Source: Okeania sp. (GTDB lineage Bacteria; Cyanobacteriota; Cyanobacteriia; Cyanobacteriales; Microcoleaceae). From it: a stretch of DNA of 13,457 nucleotides. The notes beneath the pieces were generated by a model, which saw only the letters and a program-made list of their open reading frames with translations, made no database searches and was not told where the DNA came from. Shown here piece by piece: positions 7,624 to 13,411 of this stretch. Both the position numbers and the translations under genes were made by a program. Location of the stretch: contig NZ_JAYKGW010000229.1 in NCBI RefSeq assembly GCF_035285525.1, positions 1 through 13,457 of the forward strand, given 5' to 3'. The number at the start of each line of letters is the position of its first letter. The first letter of the stretch is position 1.

Positions 7624-7636
7624 GCAAACCCTAATT
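7624..7636 (-). repeat. Dispersed 13-mer AATTAGGGTTTGC, copy 4 (reverse orientation)
   Basis: GCAAACCCTAATT on the + strand is the exact reverse complement of the 13-mer. It lies 25 nt from the nonamer repeat. Confidence 0.8.
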
Positions 7637-7802
7637 GAGCAGCATTCCGAACGACAAAATGTAGTATATAAAGAAGGTAAAACTTGAGTAAGTATTTAGA
7701 CTTATAGTATGGGGTAAGAAGCGATCGCTTTCTCAATAGAATGGTATAAGTTGCCAGAATTGACCAATAGACCAATTCAAAAATTGCACTCATTTCCTCT
7801 AT

Positions 7803-7826
7803 CAATTAGTGCGATCGCACTAATTG
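7803..7826. repeat. Perfect 24-bp palindrome centred on a HIP1 site
   Basis: CAATTAGTGCGATCGCACTAATTG equals its own reverse complement. Confidence 0.9.
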
Positions 7827-7925
7827 CCAAGCGGTTTATTCTACTACTATTGAATCCTTAGGTGATTGATAGCTTACATAGAATCCGGTTATATAATATA
7901 TATTCATAATTTTATCTATACTTCA

Positions 7926-7949
7926 ATCTCCCCATCTCCCCATCTCCCA
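7926..7949. repeat. Octamer tandem repeat ATCTCCCC x3 (last copy ATCTCCCA)
   Basis: Direct reading. The repeat sits inside a 9-bp inverted repeat, AATCCGGTT (7882-7890) against AACCGGATT (7970-7978). Confidence 0.85.
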
Positions 7950-7962
7950 CAACTATATAACG

Positions 7963-7987
7963 AGTATTCAACCGGATTTTATATTAA
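7963..7987 (+). repeat. Dispersed repeat core, copy A (AGTATTCAACCGGATTTTATATTAA)
   Basis: It matches 9473-9497 at 22 of 25 positions in the same orientation. Both copies are preceded by C-rich CTCCCC/CCCCAC tracts. Confidence 0.7.
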
Positions 7988-8020
7988 GTCATCTTAAAGA
8001 TGACTAAATTATTGCACCCC

Positions 8021-8068
8021 AAACTAGCCAAACTAGCCAAACTAGCTACTCCTTAATCCTTAATCCCT
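8021..8068. repeat. Two adjacent short tandem repeats: AAACTAGCC x3 (8021-8047) and TCCTTAA x2.6 (8050-8068)
   Basis: Direct reading. The heptamer array contains the TAA stop of the GNAT gene (8060-8062, minus strand). Confidence 0.85.
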
Positions 8069-8788
8069 GCTCTTTACTTCTTGAACAGATTTACGCAAAA
8101 GTAACTTTCGGGGTTGACCAAATAGTAGAGAACCAAAAGTCCACTCAACCTCTTGTAATCTGTAACCAGCTTTATGATAAAGTCTCCGGGCAATATGATT
8201 ATTCTCCAATACATGGAGGTACAAGTCACAAAGCCCCCATTCTAAGACCTTATTTTCACAAAAATTTAATAACTGTTGAGCAATTCCTAATCGTCGATAA
8301 TCAGCATCAACAGCCAAATTTGACAAATAAGCATACCCTAAATTATCTAACTGCCAAGGATCGAAAGATAGAAGTCCATTCTGCTGAAGGGATAAAACTA
8401 GATTTTGCTGACGCGATCGCAAACTAATTTCCACAGTTCCCACAACATTTTGGCCTCCAATAGTAGATAAATCCTTAGTAGACTTAGTATCTTTAACAAC
8501 CGTAGCCACAATACATAAATAATGCTCATTGCCTCCTTCAGGGGTATCAGTAAGTAAATTAGAGTGGATACGATTTCGTAAATCTTCGTAAATACCTAGT
8601 CGTAAAAAAGGATAAAAATAGTTCATAATCCCTTCACGGGAATGAAAACTATTAGCCAAAATTTCGGAAATACTCTTGAGGTCTTGTGGTTTAGCAATGC
8701 GGATTGAAAAGTTAGGTTGGTTAGATTTTCCGACTTGAGACTTTATAGACTTTGAGAAAAAAAAGAAAGAGTTCACAATACACTTCAC
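8060..8788 (-). CDS. GNAT-family N-acetyltransferase
   Basis: The 242-aa ORF has the acetyl-CoA binding motif A in LSNLAVDADYRRLGIAQQLLNFCE, followed by LHVLENNHIARRLYHKAGYRL. The start is GTG 8788 or GTG 8776, and the first in-frame ATG is only at codon 55. The typical GNAT N-terminus (IRIAKPQDL) begins at residue 29, so the first ~28 aa are uncertain. Confidence 0.8.
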   Translation of the reverse strand: MKCIVNSFFFFSKSIKSQVGKSNQPNFSIRIAKPQDLKSISEILANSFHSREGIMNYFYPFLRLGIYEDLRNRIHSNLLTDTPEGGNEHYLCIVATVVKDTKSTKDLSTIGGQNVVGTVEISLRSRQQNLVLSLQQNGLLSFDPWQLDNLGYAYLSNLAVDADYRRLGIAQQLLNFCENKVLEWGLCDLYLHVLENNHIARRLYHKAGYRLQEVEWTFGSLLFGQPRKLLLRKSVQEVKSRD

Positions 8789-8806
8789 AAACTATATCTA
8801 TGTAGA

Positions 8807-8841
8807 AATCCTAAATTGATTATGACAACTAATTTAGGATT
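8807..8841. promoter_or_regulatory. Perfect 11-bp inverted repeat in the GNAT upstream or leader region
   Basis: AATCCTAAATT (8807-8817) pairs with AATTTAGGATT (8831-8841) across a 13-nt spacer, 19-53 nt upstream of the GTG start on the minus strand. It could be an operator or a leader hairpin. Confidence 0.3.
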
Positions 8842-9175
8842 GCTATATAAGAATATTCCCTGATACGTTTGAGTATACTAAATTTAAGGTAGCAGTTGAG
8901 AAAAAAAAAGGCCACTAACAATTAAGTATGTGTTAGTATAGGGGAGAGTGGGGATATTGTAGAATAAGATTAAGAAATCATAAAATTGAAAAAATCAGGG
9001 TTAATTTTATTGCTGTTGTGAACAGTCTTTTTTCTGAAAAAAACCAAAATATCAGAAAATGTTTAACAAACAATAGTTCATGAAAATATAAAATATGGTT
9101 ATATTAAATCTATTAATAATAAATATTTAGAATTATAGCAATCTTAAATTAGTTTTGACAAATCAAAAAGTAAAT

Positions 9176-9349
9176 AAAAAAACTGGAACTCTCACCTGAT
9201 TCCCTCTCTTGGTCGATTAGATATGGTTAGGGAACCTATCCATCCCACCTTGCGGAAAGTTCTACTTTTTAGTACAGGAAATGTTTCGTAAACATGTGGG
9301 GTAGGGTTAACGAAGTTGTGGGTTAGCTAAACGACCGCTGTTCTGTGTT
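9176..9349 (-). ncRNA. Candidate ~174-nt structured small RNA or leader (unclassified)
   Basis: This is a GC-richer island inside a very AT-rich 735-bp gap. All three minus-strand frames close within about 15 codons. A sigma70-like promoter sits upstream (see 9355-9383). The 3' end carries a weak 5-bp stem including one G.U (9199-9203 with 9185-9189) followed by AG and U7 (plus-strand A7 at 9176-9182). Long-range pairing joins GGTCGATTAG (9211-9220) with CTAAACGACC (9327-9336) at 9 of 10 positions. An internal hairpin is ATGTTT-CGT-AAACAT (9280-9294). Confidence 0.35.
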
Positions 9350-9354
9350 CCCAA

Positions 9355-9383
9355 AAAGTAATGAAATTTTGTACACAAGTCAA
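9355..9383 (-). promoter_or_regulatory. Candidate sigma70-type promoter on the minus strand (TTGACT-17 nt-TACTTT)
   Basis: Read on the minus strand, the -35 is TTGACT (9383-9378), the spacer is 17 nt (9377-9361), and the -10 is TACTTT (9360-9355), keeping T1, A2 and T6. The predicted TSS is near 9349. Confidence 0.35.
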
Positions 9384-9472
9384 ATAGGATTACTATATAT
9401 CTATAAACTTCGAGCTATTCTGCTCTTTACTTTTCTTACTGTCCCCCACTCCCCACCCATGAATATATGATA

Positions 9473-9497
9473 AGTATTCAACCAGATTTGATATAAC
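9473..9497 (+). repeat. Dispersed repeat core, copy B (AGTATTCAACCAGATTTGATATAAC)
   Basis: It matches 7963-7987 at 22 of 25 positions and is preceded by CCCCCACTCCCCACCC (9443-9458). Confidence 0.7.
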
Positions 9498-9523
9498 TGC
9501 CCTGAAACCATGGAGAGCGGTGC

Positions 9524-12500
9524 ATGAGTTTGAAAAAAAACAAACCTAAACCGAAAATTTTAATTGTTGATGACGAACCAGATAATTTAGACCTTCTTTA
9601 TCGCACCTTTTTTCGAGACTATAAGGTGGTGAGAGCCAAGAGTGGACTAGAAGCCCTAGAAATTCTAGAAAAGTCTGGAGAAGTAGCTGTAATTATATCA
9701 GACCAGCGAATGCCTGGAATGAGTGGTACAGAATTTTTAAGTCTTACTGCCAGTAAATATCCCGATAGTATTCGGATTATCTTAACTGGTTATACAGATT
9801 TAGGAGACTTGGTAGATGCCATCAACTCTGGTAAAGTCTTCAAATATGTAACGAAACCTTGGGATGATGAGGAATTAAAAGCATTAGTTAAGCAAGGAGT
9901 GGATACTCACAATGTTCTTAAGTCCCATACTAACGAACTACGTCGTGCCCTTCAGCAAGAATCTCTTCTATATGCAGTTACCAATACTATCCGCTCTGCT
10001 CCCAACTATCGGGAAATGGTTCAGAGGATAGTAGAAAGTATTGGCCAAATGTTGGAAGTGAGTTTGGCTATCTGTTGTCCTTTGGAAGATGGCCATGGAG
10101 GAGAAAAATGGTTTGTGGTTCACCTAAATCAAGAGAATAATTCTGAACAAACCACTAACAAAAATCTGTCTGAAATATCAGAAGAAATTTGGCCTGATCT
10201 TATCTGGGAAACAACTAATGTAGAAATAATTTCAGATGCGGAGAATCACGAAAGGCTAAAAGGAGAAGATCCAGAACTTCAACAACGCCGACAAGCTTAC
10301 TTAGCTACAGATATTCGTTCTAGTTTAATTGTGCCTTTATTTTCCCGATTAGACTTAATTGCTGTTTTAGCACTGCACCAATGTGGAGAATATCGGAACT
10401 GGCAAGACCATGAAGTTCAACTTTTAATTACAGTTGCTGACCAAGCGGCTCTAGCTTTATCTCAAGCTCGTGCTTATGAACAACTGAGGAGTCTAGCACA
10501 ACGAGAAAGTTTGGTTAATACGATCACTACTGCTATTCGCTCTAGTCTCAACCCTAAAGATATTTTTGCTGCCATTACTGAACAGTTAGGTAAAGCTCTG
10601 GAAGTAGATGGTTGTGTTCTTTCATTGTGGACAAAAGACGATGAATATGTTCACTGTGTAGGATTATATGATGCTCAAGCTCAATCCTTAGTTAGTTCTA
10701 CTGAAGTTGACCCTCTGTCAGATGAATCTTTGACTGGAGTAGAAACTTCTAGTGATTTTTTATTAACTCATCAGCACTTACCTCAGTCAAATGTTCCTAT
10801 CAGCAGCAATACTGTTTTAATGGATTTGCTGGAAACTAAAAAAACAGTGGCAATTAGGGATTTGAACGATAATATAGGATTTTATCAAGATGAATTACCC
10901 TTAAGCTTTAATGCTCGTGCTTTAATGGTAGTCCCCCTAATTGTTGATGGTAAAATTATTGGTAGTATTTCTCTGCGCCACAATGGTTCTGAACGTCAAT
11001 GGCAAGCTTCTGAAATTGAACTAGCTGAGGCAGTAGCTTCCCAAGCAGCGATCGCTGTACAACAATCTCGTCTTTATCAAACCACCAGACAACAAGCAGA
11101 AAGACTAATTGAAGCAGATCGCCTGAAAACAGAATTTTTCCAGAATATCTCCCACGAGTTTCGTACTCCTCTAACTTTAATGATAGGATTATTAGACGAA
11201 GCAGTTAACTCTAAACAGGATTTATCTTTAGAACCTGCGGCGATCGCCTTGCGTAATTCTCGTCGTCTCCTGAGATTAGTCAATCAATTACTAGATTTAC
11301 AAAGGCTTGATGCCGGAAAAATGCAGCCTTGTTTTCGCCCTTGTAGTTTAGTTAATCTTTGTCGCAGTATCGTTGAATCATTTGCCCCTTACTGCCAAAA
11401 AAAAGGAATAAAATTAGTTACCAACTTTAACAATAATCGGCAACCAATATACTTAGATATAGAAAAATTTGATAAAGTTATCTACAACTTGCTCTCAAAT
11501 GCGATGAAGTTTACCCCTGCGGGAGGTACTATTACAATTTCAATTGAGTCTGCAGGAAAACATTGTTTATTACAAGTAGAAGATACTGGTATTGGCATTC
11601 GTCAAGAACAAATTCCCTTTTTATTTGAAAGATTTCGGCAAGCAGAAGGTTCAGCAAATCGTTCTTATGAAGGAAGTGGTTTGGGTTTAGCATTAGTCAA
11701 AGAATTAGTAGAACTTCATGGTGCTAAAATTACTGTAGAATCGGTCTATGGTCAAGGTACTACTTTTAAAGTGTGGCTGCCAATAGGAAGAACTCATTTA
11801 CCTGTAGGACAAATATTAGAAGTACCTGCCGAATTTGATGCTACCAAGTTAGCTGTTGAGTTGGCCGATGTAGAAGCAGAATTAGAAGAAGCAGAAGAGT
11901 TACAAACTGCAAATCAACAAGAAAATATTGCTACAGTTAATCCTAATGATACAGCAGTAGCTACTATTTTAGTAGTAGATGATAATCCAGATTTAAGAAA
12001 CTATGTGTCAAGAATTTTGCGAAAATCTAACTTTAATGCGGTATTAGCTAGGGATGGAGCCGAAGGATTTGCAGTTGCACAAATACATCATCCTCATTTA
12101 ATCATAACAGATTTAATGATGCCAGTCGTATCTGGTTTAGATTTAATCAAAATGATTAGAGAAGAACAAAAATTGCGAGGTACACCGATTATTTTGTTAA
12201 CTGCTAAAGCAAATGAAGATACTAGAATTAAAGGGTTAGAGAGAGGAGCAGATGCTTATTTAGCCAAACCATTTAACGATAGAGAATTATTAGCAGAAGT
12301 AAAAAATCTCTTAGTTTTAAAAGAGAATGAGCGAGAAGTACAAGAGTTAAATTCTTACTTAACAGAATCAGTTTTAAGCCGATTTTTACCACCAGAAATG
12401 GTGCAACGAGCAGCAGAAGGAGAATTAGCTTTAGATTTGACACCAGAACCAAGGTTGGTAACAGTTTTATTTAGTGATATTGTCGGTTTCACTAGGATGT

Positions 12501-13039
12501 CGAATATTTTGCAGTCTTCTCGGATCGCAGGATTATTAAATGAATATTTGGCAGAAATGACTAGAGCTATTTTTGCGAATGGTGGTACTGTGGATAAGTT
12601 TGTCGGGGATGCTGTAATGGCAATTTATGGTTCACCCGAAGAATTAACTGCACAAGAGCAAGTAAAACGGGCAGTAGCTTCAGCTCGGGCTATGTTGAAC
12701 GCTTTAGATAAGTTGAATGAACGTTGGCAAAGTCTGGGATTGATTGGGGATAATGGGGTATCTCCAGTGAAGTTTCGTTGTGGCATTCATCAGGGAAGTG
12801 CTGTAGTGGGAATGTTTGGTGGTCCAGAACGGTCTGATTATACAGCTATTGGTCCATCTGTAAATATGGCCGCCCGTCTCCAAGAGGCCGCAGAGCCAAA
12901 TACAATTTTAGTATCAGCAACAGTGGCCAAGTATATAGATAGTCAGATGTTAAGAAATTACGGTTCTTTGAAGCTCAAAGGTATAGATGAAGAGGTTTTG
13001 GGGTTTGTGGTCAGTCGAAGTCCCATAAGTGAAGTGTGA
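9524..13039 (+). CDS. cyaC: Multidomain CyaC-type adenylate cyclase: REC - GAF - GAF - HisKA - HATPase_c - REC - class III cyclase
   Basis: This is a 1171-aa ORF with GGAG 8 nt upstream of the ATG. REC1 is about aa 12-126 (nt 9557-9901) with VDDE, acceptor D60, LTGY and KPW. GAF1 is about aa 146-316 and GAF2 about aa 326-516. The H-box is SHEFRTPL with H544 (nt 11153-11155). The HATPase boxes are NLLSNAMKFTP (N), EDTGIGI (G1), FERF (F) and GSGLGLALV (G2), about aa 643-756. REC2 is about aa 815-932 (nt 11966-12319) with VDDN, D863, LLTAK and AKPF. The cyclase domain is about aa 976-1165 (nt 12449-13018), with metal Asp residues D985 (LFSDIVGFT) and D1029 (KFVGDAVMA), adenine-specifying K1025, T1107 (DYTAIGPSVN), N1114 and R1118. 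Confidence 0.92.
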   Translation: MSLKKNKPKPKILIVDDEPDNLDLLYRTFFRDYKVVRAKSGLEALEILEKSGEVAVIISDQRMPGMSGTEFLSLTASKYPDSIRIILTGYTDLGDLVDAINSGKVFKYVTKPWDDEELKALVKQGVDTHNVLKSHTNELRRALQQESLLYAVTNTIRSAPNYREMVQRIVESIGQMLEVSLAICCPLEDGHGGEKWFVVHLNQENNSEQTTNKNLSEISEEIWPDLIWETTNVEIISDAENHERLKGEDPELQQRRQAYLATDIRSSLIVPLFSRLDLIAVLALHQCGEYRNWQDHEVQLLITVADQAALALSQARAYEQLRSLAQRESLVNTITTAIRSSLNPKDIFAAITEQLGKALEVDGCVLSLWTKDDEYVHCVGLYDAQAQSLVSSTEVDPLSDESLTGVETSSDFLLTHQHLPQSNVPISSNTVLMDLLETKKTVAIRDLNDNIGFYQDELPLSFNARALMVVPLIVDGKIIGSISLRHNGSERQWQASEIELAEAVASQAAIAVQQSRLYQTTRQQAERLIEADRLKTEFFQNISHEFRTPLTLMIGLLDEAVNSKQDLSLEPAAIALRNSRRLLRLVNQLLDLQRLDAGKMQPCFRPCSLVNLCRSIVESFAPYCQKKGIKLVTNFNNNRQPIYLDIEKFDKVIYNLLSNAMKFTPAGGTITISIESAGKHCLLQVEDTGIGIRQEQIPFLFERFRQAEGSANRSYEGSGLGLALVKELVELHGAKITVESVYGQGTTFKVWLPIGRTHLPVGQILEVPAEFDATKLAVELADVEAELEEAEELQTANQQENIATVNPNDTAVATILVVDDNPDLRNYVSRILRKSNFNAVLARDGAEGFAVAQIHHPHLIITDLMMPVVSGLDLIKMIREEQKLRGTPIILLTAKANEDTRIKGLERGADAYLAKPFNDRELLAEVKNLLVLKENEREVQELNSYLTESVLSRFLPPEMVQRAAEGELALDLTPEPRLVTVLFSDIVGFTRMSNILQSSRIAGLLNEYLAEMTRAIFANGGTVDKFVGDAVMAIYGSPEELTAQEQVKRAVASARAMLNALDKLNERWQSLGLIGDNGVSPVKFRCGIHQGSAVVGMFGGPERSDYTAIGPSVNMAARLQEAAEPNTILVSATVAKYIDSQMLRNYGSLKLKGIDEEVLGFVVSRSPISEV

Positions 13040-13067
13040 TTGGATAAAAATTTTTTTTCTGATTTAC

Positions 13068-13095
13068 TTGCAATTTTGAGAAACTATGCTATATT
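13068..13095 (+). promoter_or_regulatory. Candidate promoter for tRNA-Gly (TTGCAA-16 nt-TATATT)
   Basis: The -35 is TTGCAA (13068-13073), the spacer is 16 nt, and the -10 is TATATT (13090-13095). This puts a TSS a few nt upstream of the mature tRNA 5' end at 13108. Confidence 0.4.
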
Positions 13096-13107
13096 TAATA
13101 AATAACT

Positions 13108-13178
13108 GCGGGTATAGTTTAGTGGTAAAACCTTAGCCTTCCAAGCTAATGATGGGGGTTCGATTCCCCCTACCCGCT
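13108..13178 (+). tRNA. tRNA-Gly (anticodon UCC), 71 nt, CCA not encoded
   Basis: Hand-folded cloverleaf. The acceptor is GCGGGTA/TACCCGC, the D stem GTTT/AAAC with loop AGTGGTA, and the anticodon stem TTAGC/GCTAA with loop CTTCCAA (anticodon TCC). The variable region is TGAT, the T stem GGGGG/CCCCC with loop TTCGATT, and the discriminator is T. Confidence 0.93.
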
Positions 13179-13191
13179 TTGGTATTAAATT

Positions 13192-13229
13192 AAGAAGTTT
13201 CCTAGAATTGAGCCTTCTTTTTGCTTTTT
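13192..13229 (+). terminator. Weak terminator-like hairpin after tRNA-Gly
   Basis: AAGAAG (13192-13197) pairs with CTTCTT (13214-13219) across a 16-nt loop, followed by TTTGCTTTTT. The stem is AU-rich, so confidence is low. Confidence 0.25.
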
Positions 13230-13411
13230 GCACAGAAAATGGGCTGATAAAATAATTTTGATTGTATGAAACCCAAGTTCCACAGATCAATTTGTAACAC
13301 TACAGTATTGTAATAATTCCTTAGCTTAGTAGGTGCGTGACTAGATTTTAAAATCCCTGGCAATTTCTGGAAAATAGTGTAATATGAAATGAAAGACTAA
13401 AAGAAAAAGAA

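Noticed and set aside
7311-7805. Three overlapping ORFs (7311-7508 +, 7460-7687 +, 7473-7805 -)
   Set aside because: They read through the 15-bp terminator hairpin, the nonamer tandem repeat (giving WCVWCVWCV or HTRHTRRTRH), the 13-mer and a HIP1 site. They are mutually overlapping, lack good starts or SD sequences, and have no family resemblance. The minus-strand ORF has two hydrophobic stretches, so a tiny membrane protein cannot be fully excluded.
9205-9245. Resemblance of the minus-strand UAGGUUCCC...GACCAAGAGAGGGAA to the guanidine-I (ykkC) riboswitch core (UAGGGUUCCG...GGUCCGAGAG)
   Set aside because: The match is only partial. The downstream ACGG.GGGA.AAAGCCCGGGAG half of the ykkC motif is missing, and the segment lies at the 3' end of the candidate RNA rather than the 5' end.
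9510-9527. 5-codon uORF (ATG GAG AGC GGT GCA TGA) overlapping the cyaC ATG in an ATGA arrangement
   Set aside because: The GGAG inside it sits 8 nt upstream of the cyaC ATG, so it is most simply the Shine-Dalgarno sequence. There is no evidence for translation of the mini-ORF.
9959-11071. Possibility that the CyaC GAF domains are bilin-binding (cyanobacteriochrome or phytochrome type)
   Set aside because: I do not see the canonical Cys-His chromophore motif or a DXCF motif at the expected position. The HQCGEYRNWQ..E..LL block is the common non-photosensory cyanobacterial GAF C-terminal pattern. It could be confirmed by alignment to AnPixJ or Cph1 GAF domains.
11077-11283. 68-aa minus-strand ORF
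   Set aside because: It lies entirely inside and antisense to the HisKA-coding part of cyaC, which has unambiguous motifs in the plus frame.
13084-13290. 68-aa minus-strand ORF
   Set aside because: It overlaps the tRNA-Gly gene on the opposite strand. Its GGIEPPS segment is just the reverse translation of the T-arm.
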